This document shows, piece by piece, positions 26,021-41,396 of a DNA stretch of 64,000 nucleotides. The notes under the pieces are model-generated. The model had not been told where the DNA came from and did not search any database. It worked only from the letters and a program-made list of their open reading frames with translations. Location of the stretch: the NCBI RefSeq assembly GCF_009914755.1, contig NC_060934.1, one strand, 5' to 3'. The stretch's first letter is position 1; each line of letters starts with the position of its first letter. Source of the stretch: the human T2T-CHM13v2.0 reference genome, Homo sapiens. The position numbers and the translations under genes were made by a program.

Positions 26021-26526
26021 TGAAACAAAGTGTGAATGCAGGGATGGCTAAATAAACTGGGAGTGACGTCAGCCCCTGATACACACATTCTTGGTCTACA
26101 GCATAAGGGCTGTTTCACGAGAGACACTATCACTGGGGTTATGAACAAGACAGAAGAAGGCAAAGAAAACAGGAGCCCATCTCTAGCAAAAGAGGGCCAA
26201 AACCCAACTTCTCCTGTTAGAACAGCAGGGGGTTTCCTGGACAGAGACCCTAAAAATATCCAAGTACATATCTTAACACACACTAGACTATATCCCTGAC
26301 ATAGAAAGGATAACTTCTAGAATCCTGCTAAAAATTTAGAAGTGAAGAAAAGTTTACACCATTATCAAGCAATCCTTAGCTCTAGGCTGATATTATTAAC
26401 ACCCCTGTGTCCCAAGGCCAGGCATGGTTGCCACGTAATTGGCTGAGCTCATTCAATAATTAGGTCCTCCCTTAGCCATAGTCCCAACTTCAGTGGGGAA
26501 TGGAGCAGCACTAAAAGGTCTTGCTC

Positions 26527-26815
<289 letters not shown>

Positions 26816-27386
26816 GGCCTTGCTCGTGCCCTCTTAATGCAGACAGGGTCTATTCTTACTCCTTCTTTTGGGTTCCGTATCAAGACCCAACCAAATCTTG
26901 GGTTCTTCTCTGAGAAACTTTGTTCCAGAGATGATAGCCGTGAAAGCAGCAAAACATGGAGAAAGAAATTCAGAAATGTGGGGGCAGCCCTCATTTCTCA
27001 TTTATTCATTCAAAATTAATCCCTTACTTCATAAGGCCCTGGGGCAGCTGAGAGTACAGGGAACCGGCAGGCGGTTCATGGGCTGGGGTGGAAAACTTTC
27101 AACGGTTCCAAAAGCTTGCTTTACTTCACAGTTGTTTACTTATATTTTTAAAACTTCCAGCCAAGGACTGTAACATTTCTATCAAACAGTCTTTTGTGAG
27201 AACAGAGTCACAACTGGGCTATTTCAAATAGGGGTGAAAAAAATGACAAGACACAGGAACGATTCCATTAGTGGCCAGCACAGAGGGCGATGACCAGCTG
27301 AGTGCTCTCAGCTGGAGCTCAGCTGTCCACCTTCTCCACTGCCTCGAATCCATAGTCAAGTTCCACAGCAGTCCTGGTTTACTTAC

Positions 27387-27458
27387 TTGTATTGAGCACC
27401 CGAGTCAATAAGGTACACCTCATCCAGGGACAAGGTCCTATTCGTCTCAGGGACTGGC
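27387..27458 (-). CDS. XPNPEP1: Exon M (72 nt): PVPETNRTLSLDEVYLIDSGAQY-K (contains D415)
   Basis: TGTTAG|G ... TACAA|GTAAGT. Confidence 0.95.
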
Positions 27459-29040
27459 CTAACAAAGTTAATTAAAAATTAATTATTCCACAAATGTAAA
27501 CACTTAGTGAATCTGGGAGGAGGACACACAAGAGCTCTTTGTACTATTCTTGCAACTTACATAAGCCTGAAATTATATCAAAATAGAAAGTTATGCAATA
27601 ATGAATTATTTCAACTAATATTAAACTTCTACTTTTCAAAGATCCAATCAACCTATCTCCCCAGCTGAGATAAAGAGCTCAACAAAGGAAAAGTAACACA
27701 TTTCTTTATGTCTACCTCTGTTTGTGTCTGAAACAAAATAGGTGTTCAAGAGATAATTCTAAAAGCTAAAAAAATGAGAACGATTAGATGCAACAGGACC
27801 TAGCTAGAGTCCTGGGAACTGGGACAGGAGCAGCCTGGAGTCACTGCAGCCTTGCTTGTCTCTGGGAGCCCCAGGCCCCTGCCTCAGCCTCCAGGCCCCT
27901 CCTTCAGCCCTGACCCCAGCAGGTACCTCCCCACTCGCTCCCCAGACTGCTAGACAGGCAGGAGTGGATGTCTCAACTTGGGAGAAAAACTAAAGGAATT
28001 TTGCTGGGAAAAGGAATGGATCACGATATTCTTCTGCTTCAAACAAACATGAGGTATTTTCAAAAAGTGATCTCTTTCCCCACACCGTTTTCAAAACAAT
28101 ATCACTGCACTGGGAAACACCCAAAGGGATGAGAGCACTCCAAGTCTCTGCCCTGCAGCTGAAGTGAGGTTGTCCTCCATTTCCAGGTACCACCCCCTCT
28201 TCAGCAATAAGGGCACCAGTCCACACACAAGCTGAACAACTAAAAAAGACAACCAGTACCTCCAGAACCCCGCCTCTAAACAGGCTTCCAACCACCCACA
28301 ATGAAGAAATGCCAACGCAGAGGCAAATTTCTTCCACTGGCATGAAACTGTTTAATGTTTTAATTATACGGAAAATTCTAGGATAGTATCCAGCCAGGAA
28401 ATTCATCCTGAGTTAAACAAAAACTGAAGTCCCTCTGATATTTTTATGCTGGAACAGAAGCATTAAGTGAGGAAACTGTACTGTCCCATCTGTGACTGTC
28501 TCCCACACACAGCTTCAAAATCTGCCCCAAGACTAAAAGCTCTAAAAACAATTATTAAAAGGGGGAAAAAAGTGTGTGCCCAAGCACAGTGTTCTTTTGT
28601 TGGCTGTGCATGTAACAGATGGGGATGCACAGAACTCAAAATACCCAGTGCAAAGCAAAGCGGTTTGAACCAGGCAGAGCTGAGGCTGAAGCCCAATGGC
28701 CACACCTAATGACATTTCCCCCCATCTCCACAGGAAGATCTGTCAGTCCTAGACATATCAGTGCCCCTCTGTCTCACAAGGAAGGGAGGCTCGGCCCTGT
28801 GGGTCCATGGGTTCTTGTAGACCACGTGGTAAAAAAACCACATACTGGGATGCCAGGCTTCAGGCTCAGGGGGACAGGAAGAGAGGGTACTGATTATCTC
28901 TCCACCCAAAACAGGTTGCCTCACAACCTACTACTAAGTTTTTTTTTGGTATGGAACTGATGGAGCTCACAAGATGTATGGACTAGTACAAAACAGCTGC
29001 TGTTACCAAGAAAGAAAACTACTCAAAAATTCCAGTCATG

Positions 29041-29338
29041 GGCCAAGCACAGTGGCTCACACCTGTAATTCCAGCACTTTAGGAGGCTGAGGCAGGAGGA
29101 TTGCTTGAGTCCAGAAATTCGAGACAAGCCTGGGCAACACATCAAGATCCTCATCTCTACAAAAAAATCTAAAAATTAGCCAGGAGTGGTAGCACATGCC
29201 TATAGTCCCAGCTACTCAGGAGGCTGAGGCAGGAGGATTGCTTGAGTCTAGGAGTTCAAAGTTGCAGTGAGTTGTGATGGCACCACTGCGCTCCAGCCTG
29301 GGCAGCAGAGCAAGACCTTGTCTCCAAAAAAAAAAAAA
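29041..29338 (+). mobile_element. AluJ
   Basis: GGAGGATTGCTTGAG in both arms; degenerate TSD ending AGTCAT. Confidence 0.9.
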
Positions 29339-29648
29339 CTTAGTCATCAAGATGCAAGGGCTATGCATACAGTTCCTGCAGCTTCAGAAAGGAAAGAGGG
29401 ACACCCATCTGACTACCCTGCAGAGAATGCCAGTGCCATACTGAGCCTAAGAAGAGGCTCCCAAAAGGCAGAGGCTTGGGGATTGGGAGAAAATAAAATC
29501 TTAGAAGTCTTATTTCCCTTCATTTTACAGTCTCAACAGACAGATGAAGGTGGGCACAGAGGCCTCTGGTAAAATAATGTCTCTCCCCTGCTCAGGCTCC
29601 TGTGCAGAAGCAGCAAGGCCAGGCAGCATGCTCCTCCGCATGCCTTAC

Positions 29649-29726
29649 GCGTAGTGAATGATGGCGCCGTTGGGTCCCGTACTGGAAATTGTTGGGAAGC
29701 TCAGGTCCACAAAGTCTGCCTGTTGC
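29649..29726 (-). CDS. XPNPEP1: Exon L (78 nt): QQADFVDLSFPTISSTGPNGAIIHY-A
   Basis: TACAG|G ... TACGC|GTAAGG; SFPTI...IIHY motif; preceded by a 132-nt intron. Confidence 0.95.
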
Positions 29727-29858
29727 CTGTAACAGAAAGACAGAAAGCAGAGTGGCTTAAAGGTTTTTACTGTGCTAAGATTCAGGGCCCTTCCAGCCTC
29801 ATTCAACTAGCAAGAAAATCAGCACGAGGCTCCTGGGTCCCCCCAAATGGATCCTTAC

Positions 29859-29917
29859 CTGCGAAACTCCTCAGCTTTGTCAGCAGCTGAGATCTCTGTC
29901 ACACCACCTTTGGGAAC
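29859..29917 (-). CDS. XPNPEP1: Exon K (59 nt): VPKGGVTEISAADKAEEFR-R
   Basis: CATAG|GTT ... CAG|GTAAGG. Confidence 0.95.
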
Positions 29918-30463
29918 CTATGAGAAAATTGCTTATAAATCATCTGGTGAGATAAATTCATGTGTGCCTCTTACAAATTAGAGGAGGTACATTAAAAGCT
30001 CACTTTTTCCTCAATTGCTTCATCCCAACTGACCAATCTACAGGACACATCTTTAGCAAGGGAGAACTCCCAAAGGCTCTCACCAAAGCTATCTAAAATC
30101 CAATAGTTTCTATTCATTTAATTTTTCACTCAACTATTGTGCTTCAGTATTTTATCCTAAAACCTCCCAAAACAACATATCTAAGTTTAAAAATTCAAAA
30201 GCATCCCCTCCTAAGAAATCATCGTAAGAAAATCATTCTAGAGAAATAAAAAAGATAAATGCGGAGAGATTATTGCAGGATTACTGATAACAGCAAAAAA
30301 TTAAAAACAACCCAAACATTTAAAAATAGGAGGACTGGGTTAGTAAATCAGAAGAGCCACTAGATGCAGTTTTCATTTGGATCCTTTTTTAAGGCCTCAA
30401 TGTACATGGAAAATGTTCACACTATGATTCTAAGAGAATAAAATAAAACACAAAATCATATCT

Positions 30464-31506
<1,043 letters not shown>

Positions 31507-32046
31507 TTACACTAGTGGGAATAAAGACAATATTTTCTTTTCCCAATTAAAGAGTTGTTTATACAATACTTAAAGGGAACATGATATTGTTTAATAACAC
31601 CACAGAGAAACCACCCTCTTGTCAACTAGAGCAAGAAATTAATGGCCAAGAGTCAATTTAATATAAAAAGGCTCAAGGCTTAAACTGAAGTTCAAAATGT
31701 ACACAAAGATCTTTTTCTCCTAATACAATCAGCTTGCCTATAATAATATTATAAGACTCATTTTTCCTTATAATGAAATTCCACTTAGTTATGATTCCCT
31801 AACCCAAAAAGCATCCACTCTATTATGGAATTTTTCTTCATTCTTGTTACTATTTTCATAATTAAGGAATTTTGAAATCTACACACACCAAATTTCCAGA
31901 GAGAATTATTAAAATAGAGCCCAAAAATTTGATGAAGATCTCAGATCTCATGGTCAGCAGAGCATGGGAGATGCTAGAGTTAGAATCACATATAGGTAGG
32001 TCTGAATAATGTATATCCACATATTAAACAAAGACTAAGAACCAAC

Positions 32047-32097
32047 CTCTTTCTCCAGCCAGTTAAAGAGTTCACAGAGAGCAACAGCATCTTTAAT
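32047..32097 (-). CDS. XPNPEP1: Exon J (51 nt): IKDAVALCELFNWLEKE
   Basis: CACAG|ATT ... GAG|GTTGGT. Confidence 0.94.
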
Positions 32098-32704
32098 CTG
32101 TGCAAACAATGGAGACATTTTTTAAGTTATCACTGAAAATCACGTGACCAGATTCAGAGCCTAGCCCTAATGCAATACTGAGAAGGCTGTACCTGCAGGG
32201 CCACACATCATCAGCAACCAGAGCTTTACATGTGGACATTTCTGGGAAGCTGGTGTGTGCAGCAACTCCCATTATCAGGGAAAGGCTCCTCTGCTATTCA
32301 GTAGTTCAGGTACAATCAGGAAGGGCCCCACCTCAGAGCACAGGGAGCTCCTCCAAAAGGTTAACTTAAAGGTTAAGAACCCTACAGGGGCCAGGAAAAA
32401 ACAGGCCACTATCAAAAGCCACCTCTGGGCCCAAAATCTTTCTTCATCAGCATCACGTCATCACCATCATCTACACTGTGAACATCAATATCTCCTTTTG
32501 TATTGTGTATTATACTTTGTAAAGATCTAATCCATCAAGTATTTTATTTCATTCCCTCAATAACTCCTCCTGGAAGGCCAGGAGGCTGAGGCTCAGAGAG
32601 AGAGATTCTAACCTTGTGCCAGGCTCAATGCCACAGAGGAGGTGAAGGAGCCGGGCCTTCTGACCACCTCACATCCCATCTTCTGCACCAGCTCCTCTAC
32701 TCAC

Positions 32705-32794
32705 GTGAGCCCGCCTCATGCCTTCTGACTCAGCTGAATTCTTCACAGCTTTGGCGATGCAGATGGGGGTGTAAGGCATACAGCAGCGGTGGTC
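32705..32794 (-). CDS. XPNPEP1: Exon I (90 nt): DHRCCMPYTPICIAKAVKNSAESEGMRRAH
   Basis: CTCTAG|GAC ... CAC|GTGAGT; KAVKN motif. Confidence 0.95.
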
Positions 32795-34294
32795 CTAGAG
32801 GCAAAGGGCAGTAGGGTGGGAAATCAAACCGGCTCCACCCACCCAAGACCAAGGCAACAACCTTTTTGCTCAGCAAAACTTACTTTAGACAAATCATTTG
32901 AAGAGCTCCCACTGGCGACCCATATAGCTATCCCCTGGGGCCCCAACGACCTGTCCCTTTTGATTGATGACCCTGAGCTTAAGCTCAACCAAAAAGAGTA
33001 AGTACATCAAACAAGGTGTCTCTCTTCCATCCCTCACTCCCTTAGCTCTTTGAGACTGCTGGCTGCCTGCCGTCAGCAAGACATTGCTTTCCAAGCCACT
33101 GTGGTTGTGGTTAGAGTTCACTAACACTGAAAGCTTGACCGAAATCACCCTTCTCTTGCTGTACAAAGGGGGCTTTTTCTCCCTGTCTAGCCATGCACAT
33201 GACCTGATGAGTGAGGTCTCCTGCTCCCTCCCTTCCCGCCCAGTGGTCCTATCTCAGCTACTGATAATAATCTGATCTTGAAGGGCTGGAGAAGACCCTT
33301 TCCAATTTGAGAACAAGTTAGAATCCAGCAGAGGGGCCTCAGCACACCTGGCACTTGCACAAAGCTTCTAAAATTGCTTTTGTGATCTTATCTCCTTTTC
33401 TCTTTCTCTCCAGAGAGAGAGGAGAGAGAGAGAGGAGGAGTCACACTGTGTGTGATGATGGCAGGGGTACAATGGCAAGCCAGATCTAGAGAGCCAGGCC
33501 TGGATTCTTCCCAGGATGCCCCACTGCTCAGTGGAGAAGAAAGGACATCACTGGGCTTGCCAAAGGCCACTTGGCAGCCAGAGGCCCAGGGGAGGACAGT
33601 AGAAAAGCCTACCTCTAAAGAGGCCTGGATTCCAGTCCCATCTCAGACCCTAATGAAAATGAGGCAACAAGTGTCAGCTGCTTAGCACTGCCCAGCAAGG
33701 GCTCAGTAAAGGGCAAGGCTATCACTATCACTTGAATTTGACAAATCCCCAAATCCCCAACTCCCCAATCCTCTCTGAGCCTCAAGTGTCCTTAGCTATA
33801 AAATGTGGTGCGGCAGAAGGAGGGGGTAGAGAAGCATTTCCCAAGCTTCAAGCATTCTTATACCACCTGCACAGCTTTTACCCTAGCTTCTTAACTGCTG
33901 TACCCTTATTCACTTAGTACTTTACTTTAGACCATCTTTAAATCAGCTTTATTAAATTCAACTTTATTTTAAATAATTATATCATGAACTCATGCTAGTT
34001 ATGTTTTTTCTATTATATGCTAAATGCTGTTAAAACAGATATATTTAAGTAAACCTAAATAATAATGTGTACCACCTAAAATAATCTCTCATGCCACACT
34101 CTGGAAAACACAAGACTCAACAAGCAATAAGGGCCCTCAGGCTCTTGCTATGGCTCCAGCTTTAAGGCCTCATCCATGGAGACCACAGTTCTGATCCAAC
34201 AGGCAGCCTCAGAAATCTGCCTGTGCTCCAAAGACAATACCAGAACTGGGAAGGGGGTGGCAGAGTTTAGATGGGCCAAAGTGGGGTCACCAAC

Positions 34295-34505
34295 CTTGGG
34301 GATGGTCTCGCTCACAGCATAGCTGGCCTTGTCACTGACCCACACCTTCTCCCTTGGGGAGAGGTCAGCACACAGGGCCTTGAGCTCGCTCAGGATGGAC
34401 TTGTAGGGATGCACCTGGATCCTGTATTCGGCTTCCAGACCCAAGTCAAGAAGCAGGTGCTCCTTCACACTGGGGGCGTCTATGCGGTCACCATCAATGA
34501 AGAGC
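34295..34505 (-). CDS. XPNPEP1: Exon H (211 nt): LFIDGDRIDAPSVKEHL...VSETIPK
   Basis: TGCAG|G ... AAG|GTTGGT; lies within ORF 34148..34681. Confidence 0.95.
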
Positions 34506-34739
34506 CTGCAGATGGAGGAGAGGTGGGTGGCAGAAAAAGGAGGGAACATGAGTGAGAGGTGGCAACACAGACACACATACACATCAGGCTCTGTTTCCTG
34601 GCAACCAAAACCAAGCCCCTTTTCTCTCCTCCCCACTCCTTTCCCAAATCCTGCCCTCCAAGGTGCATTCCCTGCCCCCATCCACCCAATCTGCCAAGCC
34701 AGAAATCTGGGCAGTGTCCTCCTTCACTGATGACCCTCT

Positions 34740-35460
34740 TCCCGTCCTTCATTAAGACCTTGGGACCCACAGCCTAAATCTCCATCTAATCTGTCCAGCT
34801 CATCTACAGCCTCGCCCAGTCACCACTCAGGTTCAGGTCCCACCATCTCTCACTTGGGTTAGTGCCACAGCCTCTAAGTCTTTCCCCATCTACCGATGTT
34901 TCAGTCATAATATTCTTTACAACTTGTACATCTAACATGTGGTTCCCTCTGAAAAATTCGTTCAATAGCTTCCCACTATTCTTGTTCAGAAAAAGAACCC
35001 AAGCTCCTGAATGTGGCCCACAAGGCCTCTCTTTTCTGTGGCCCCTGCTCACATTCTGGCCTCACTATGTTCTGACCTCACTGAACCACTTCAGGTCCTC
35101 CACATGCACTGTGCTCTCTACTGTCCAGAGTCTCTGAAAATGCTGTTCCCTCTGCTTGGATCATGGTTCCCCGCCCCTCCTCACCCTGCCATTCACCTAA
35201 CTCACCCACATTTATCCTTACTCTCTGCTTCAAAATATTACTTTCCCCAAGAGTCTGCTCTGATCTCCAAGTCTAGGTCAGGCCCCTCTCGTAACACCTG
35301 TATCTGTCCCACAAGCAGACTGGTGCCCACTTATGTGCCCAAATACTTTAGAAAGAGGACATGCTCATCTCCCCAACTCCAGCCAAGGACCCCGTCCTGT
35401 TTCAGTCACCCTAGCACCTAACAGAGACCCTTAGCACATCACCAGCACTTAATAAATGTG
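34740..35460 (+). mobile_element. L2 LINE 3' remnant
   Basis: Pyrimidine-rich L2-like body ending CAGCACTTAATAAATG. Confidence 0.55.
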
Positions 35461-35929
35461 TTGTCTTAATGCAAAAAGCTATTGAAATAGAACAGTAATG
35501 AAAAGAAGGCCACACGAAATGCTTTGAAAAAATAAACTGACAATTCAACAAAGCGTAGTTGGAGGGGTTTTCCCATATTATTTTTGACCTTCAAAATGAC
35601 TGGGTTTATTTGCATTGTGGACCCAGAATTGTATAATTGAGCATATATACCCCTTAACACTGGCTGCTAGAAAACTTGACATCAAATGGGTGGCCCGAAC
35701 TATAGACACTTTCATGCGTTTCAAACCATTTTGGGGGCTCAAAGAGAGGCAGGATATAAATAAACACCTACTGCTAAGGAAAACAAGAAGGGAAAATGTT
35801 AAAAGGGCAAGAAAAAAGAAGCACATCAGTGAAATATCAGGCAGTGATGGGTGGGCCAGGACCAGAAAGGGCACACTAGGGCTCTGAGGAGCTCTGGAAG
35901 GGAGTTCCAGATGCAGGGCAAACACTCAC

Positions 35930-36011
35930 ATGATCGTCTCTAGTCCTATGATTGCGTAGGAGAAAAATACTGGATTGTGCTCCACATCTGATCCTCGGAG
36001 ATTAAATAGCC
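35930..36011 (-). CDS. XPNPEP1: Exon G (82 nt): [28 protein letters not shown]
   Basis: TTCTAG|GG ... ATCAT|GTGAGT; WLFNLRGSD motif. Confidence 0.95.
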
Positions 36012-38108
36012 CTAGAAAAGAAATCAAAATCCCTGTCACCTGTCTGACTTAAGATGTTAAGGGGTCGCTTGTAGCGGGAGGGAAGAGCTTCAGCTTGGAG
36101 TCCAGCTGCTGCGCAAGGATTCAGTGGAATCGCACAGAAAGGCTGGAAGCCTGACTCCCGTCTGGTTCCACCTCTGAGCTGCAATTGCTCATGTCCACCA
36201 CGTGATGGCACCAGAGCTGTTTCTCAGGCTTCCACATCACTGCCCGGAGAAGGGAATAAAAGCTATTAGTTGAAATCCTGAGAACTGCCCCCACAAGGAG
36301 TTGAAATGATCCACCTAGTGGTGACCTGCCAGGCCTGGCCTTGAAGCCGACAAACCTCTGGCGCTCCCAAATAAAAAGGAAGGAGACGAGCACTCTCTCC
36401 CTTCTGAGGCAGATGACCTAGGGTAGAAAAACTGAGACCCTCCCACAAGGGAAGCCAGGCAAGCCTCCTCTGTAAGGGTCAGTGAGCCCCATGGAGACGG
36501 AGCTTCCTGTCAGAGGTGGAAAGAAAAGCAGTGAGTCAGCAAGGCTGCAGCTCACCAATGAAATCAGAGCCTGCAGCCCACCCATGGGTCTGCTCTGGCA
36601 CCACGACTGGGTGGGGGACCTGCGGACAGCCAGTAACAGTGATGTTGCTGAACGTCTGAGAACTAGACAGACCAGGAGAGAGCACAGTTCTGGTCCCAGG
36701 ACTTCCAGCTTCCGTCACTTGTTCTCATGAGGATCAGAGCAAAAAAACGCCTGGGCATTAAAAGTATAACCTCTATTTTAAAATAATGGCTTCTTAAAGT
36801 GATGAGGCACCATTTTTTACCTATCATACTAGCACTTCTTTAAAAATGACAGTACCTGGTGTTCAGGTGTGGCAAGACAGACAAATTCAAATACAAAGGT
36901 GCAAACTTTCTGGCAGACAAAGGGCAAGATGAGTCAAAAGCCCTAAAAGCCAACCAGAAATAGGAAGAAAATTATCAAACACTAAGACATGGATTCATGA
37001 ACCAAGATTTTGATGGTAGCATCATAATAAATTACAGGATTACTGCAAATAACCCAAAGGTCATCCTTAGGGAAACAGTTAAATAAATTATGGTATAACC
37101 ACATGATGGAGTATTTAATACTCACTTAAAATTATGCTTGTATATGCTTATAGTGTACTGATACAGTGAAAAAATCAGGCTATAAAATGATATATGCATA
37201 GAATATTGACACTGATTATCTCTAAGTAACAGAATTTATACGTGATTTTTTTTTTCTTCTTTTTACTTCCTCTGCATTTTCCAAGTTTTCTATCATGGGA
37301 TTGTGTTTTTGTTACAATCAGGGAGAGAGAAAAGTTTTACAGGTGTTTTTCTCTGACGTTGAGATCATTAAGTTAATTAGGGATGTAAGTCACTGACACA
37401 CTTGACAATGTTTTGTGGATGGAAGATGCAGGGACTGAAGAGAGAGGACACTGCAGTAGGGTCTCATTCTCTAGTGAGAAGGCAAAAAGATAAAGCAGTG
37501 CCTCTTCTCAGTTGCCCTGGGTCAAATCCACTCAGAAACCAGAAGACAGGACAGGAAGGTTCAACCAGATTCCGTCAGGTTTTAGATGAAAGAAGGTGCT
37601 GAACAACTGCATGAAGGTGGGTTAAGGTCCAAAGACTGAGAAACTACTATTACATCAAAGGGCTTGGGGAGGAACTTTTAGTTCCTAGTTTTCTGAGGTA
37701 GAAATGCTCCCAGAACATTCTCACTATAAAGACCTTAGGAAACCACAGGACAAGTGTAAAGAAAGAAGGCCTCTCCTATGAGCCCACTTCTACACCTACA
37801 GAGGCTGACAGACATAAAATATTTGTAGGAAATGCCCTTCCTCAGAGGTGCCATGGTCCTGAGGGACTGGCCAGAGGTGGGCATCACCCAGCTGTAATAC
37901 TGCTCTGGACAAGCCTCACTCCCCTCCCCAGCTCCCTGTAATTCTTTCTCCTTCATCCTAGTTGGCATCTCCTATACCCATTTGGTGACGTAGTCTTCTT
38001 CTTATTCCCTGGCCACTCAGAAAGTTGAATGGCATGAACACACAGATACCCAGAGACCCAAAGGAGAGATCGGGTAACATGCCCAAACAGCGAAACCAGA
38101 GCACTCAC

Positions 38109-38204
38109 ACGCAATCTCATCCAAGGCAGTGACCACAAACCACATGACGTTCCTCTCAGCCATTTTCAACCGAAGGTCTGCAACCTTGTCCTTCCAGGAG
38201 ATGC
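38109..38204 (-). CDS. XPNPEP1: Exon F (96 nt): GISWKDKVADLRLKMAERNVMWFVVTALDEIA-W
   Basis: TTGCAG|GC ... GCGT|GTGAGT. Confidence 0.95.
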
Positions 38205-39923
38205 CTGCAAGAAACAAATGTGCTTTAACTCCAGCCCTGGTCCCAGAAAGCGGTAGGAACCCAGTGAAAGAACCTACCCTAAACATCTTTAATCAGCACC
38301 ATTTCTTACAGGAGCACGCTACTTAAACAGGCAGGAGGCCTGGATTCAAGCCCTATACAAGAAGTGTCCAAGCCACTTGACTGTCGTGAGCCTTGATTGC
38401 CTCACCAGTAAAATTCATTCATTTACGCATCCCACAAATGCCTGTGTAACATCTAGATCTGCCAGGCATAGATACGTGCCAGGCACTCTGCTGGTCACTG
38501 TGGTTACAGATCTGAGCCAGACCCAGTCCCTGTCTTCATGGGGCTTACAATATAGAAGGGAAGACAGATAATTAAACCAGCAATTAACACACTACTGTAA
38601 ATACTGATGCAACAGGGGACACACAGGGACCTATATCAACACACTACCCAGCAAAGGGAACTCACCCAGTCTCAGGGGTCAGGGGAACAGCACCCACCAC
38701 TTGATGTTCCTGGGGGCTGCAAGACTTGCCTTTCAGTGCTAAGACCTAGGAATTCCCTGTAGTCTGACTCACTGTGATTACCACTTCCAAATCACACTTG
38801 CCCTTTCAGACACTGCCAAGGCCTCTCTGTTGCTCTGCAAGATGAAATCGTGGTGCTAGAGGAGCTCACCCCATTGCCACCACAACCACCCTACCAGGGC
38901 AGCATTCATAACTCAGGGAACAGCCACCTGTGAGCAGGGTGGGCATCTGTCTTATTCACTCAGCACCTCGCACAGCATCCTGCAGATAGTAGGCACCCAA
39001 ATGTGTACTGAACAAAAGCTTTATCAGCAACATTTGCTCTCCCCTCTCCTATAAGCAACAAGTCAGAGCTTCTGCTCTAGTGAAAAAAACTTCAAACCAC
39101 GCTGATGGAAAATATTTAGCTGACCCTGGGCCACTCACTGGACCCATCCTCCCCATTCCGCAATACCCCTCTGGTGAGGATGTCACACAAGAAAGCAGGC
39201 TGGGGCTGCCCCCACACCCAGGGCTGCACTGAAGATCAGTTCGGGAATGCTGTTTAAAACTTGGCCCAGAATCTAGGCTGTCACGCTTTCTTCCCAGGAC
39301 CCCTCTGGGCAATCTGCCTACATTCCACAGCCATCCCCCATCTACCTCTGTTTCTACAGCAAGACGCCCTCCCCTGCAGCCCCACCTCCAGGCCTCTCTC
39401 TCTGCCCCCTCACTGCTTCATAAATCCACACAATGGTTCAGAGAACATGCTGCTTACCCATCACTATCGCACAGGCCAAGGAAACACACCCACACCCCAA
39501 AGCCTCTAAAGCAGAAGGTACAAGATGGAGGACAAAGGCCTAGGAAGGTAAATCTACAAATGCTGACATAAGAAGGGAAATGGAACCTAGAAACCTCTAT
39601 GCTCTATTTCCAATATCAAATACGTTCGAGTGGCAGTTAGCAGCTGAGTGGATAAAAAAAACTCAGTCTTTTCAGCAGCACCCAAAAAGCCACCCAAACG
39701 AGCTTTGCGAAAATAACCAAAGCCAAACTAAGTGGCAAGTAGGTGGCAACAGTGGAAACAAACAAAGCTCCTGCTTCTTCAAATATCCCACTGGGGCAGA
39801 GTAGGGCAAAATCCTCCTGTCAGCTCCAACTCGACTTGGATTCGGAGGACGAGGCTGGAGACAATAGCAAGAGGTGGGGGGACAATGGCAGGGGCCCTGC
39901 TGGGCAGAACCATTGATTCTGAC

Positions 39924-40067
39924 CTGTGTAATCCAGGCCCAGTGTGAGGAGAGGCTTGCAAGGGCGCTCAGGACGGTCTGTCCAGATTTTGTCAACGAGG
40001 TTCTCCTTGACAGGAATGAGGTGATGGCCGGCACTTCTCAGAACTTTGGCCATTTTCTTCCAATAAT
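39924..40067 (-). CDS. XPNPEP1: Exon E (144 nt): [17 protein letters not shown]...LGLDYT-G
   Basis: CTCAG|AT ... ACAG|GTCAGA; NLVDKIW motif. Confidence 0.95.
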
Positions 40068-40377
40068 CTGAGGAGACACATTGTGGCCCAGCCATGAGCC
40101 GAACGCCCATTGCAGCAGGGCAGGGAGCAGGGCCTTGAAAGTCCAGAACCTTCAGAAAGGTGGTCCTGCCATGGCCCAGAGCTGGGTGTGCAGGATGAGG
40201 AACTGTAAAAGCACATCTTCACCACCAGTGGAACTCTTCTCTTCACCCTGACCTCTACTATAAAATCAGTCATGCTGAGCCCCCCAGTGCTCCACACCCC
40301 ACAAGCAAATGAGGAGAATGGAGGGGAATCTAGAAGCCACTTCCTTACCCAAGCAGAAAGGGACCAAGCTCACTTAC

Positions 40378-40470
40378 CTGTAGGAATGATCAAGGGGTCC
40401 ACACCAACCCTGGATCCTTCAGGAAGCACACTCACCAGCCAGTCTTCCTGAGTTGGTGTGTCCTTCAGAC
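40378..40470 (-). CDS. XPNPEP1: Exon D (93 nt): [32 protein letters not shown]
   Basis: TGTAG|GT ... ACAG|GTAAGT. Confidence 0.95.
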
Positions 40471-40993
40471 CTACAGGGGGAAGAAATGATAAGAAACAAT
40501 TCCCAGTGGGCCCACGCTCATTATCCCACCAGAAAGATACAATTCTCTAACATCATGATAGCAGGGTCTTTATTAAGCAGCTTCTTTAAAGTGGATTGAC
40601 AGGACTTAGAAAATCTGAACCTCCCTTAATCCTGGAAGGCTACAGAGAGGGAGAAGTGTAAGTTTTTGTGTATGAAAAACATAAGACAAGGGTGAGACAG
40701 AAGGGAAAAAAGTATGATTTTTCACTTGACCCCTTGTAAAAATATCTTGGGGATCACTGCCACGTACACACATGGCGTCACCACAAAGATTGTCTCCTCA
40801 GCGTTCAGTCACTTCCCCACTACTGGTCACTTGATGAGAATTTGGGCAGTGATTTGGTGAAGTCTGGGAACTGGGAGACTCCCACATATCACATACCAGG
40901 TAAGGTGATAACATGCTCCCAGTGCCCGCCCCTCATCTGCAAGGGCAGGGTGGCCAAGAGAAGGCCGCTGCCCCATAACCAGCCTCTGAATAG

Positions 40994-41396
<403 letters not shown>

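Noticed and set aside
34148-34681. 177-aa ORF, the longest in the window, as a standalone gene
   Set aside because: It is XPNPEP1 exon H read through into flanking intron; splice sites delimit 34295-34505.
36308-36324. CCACTAGGTGG CTCF-like core on the minus strand
   Set aside because: The 3' part of the consensus (CGC/CAG) is missing; cannot be supported without ChIP data.
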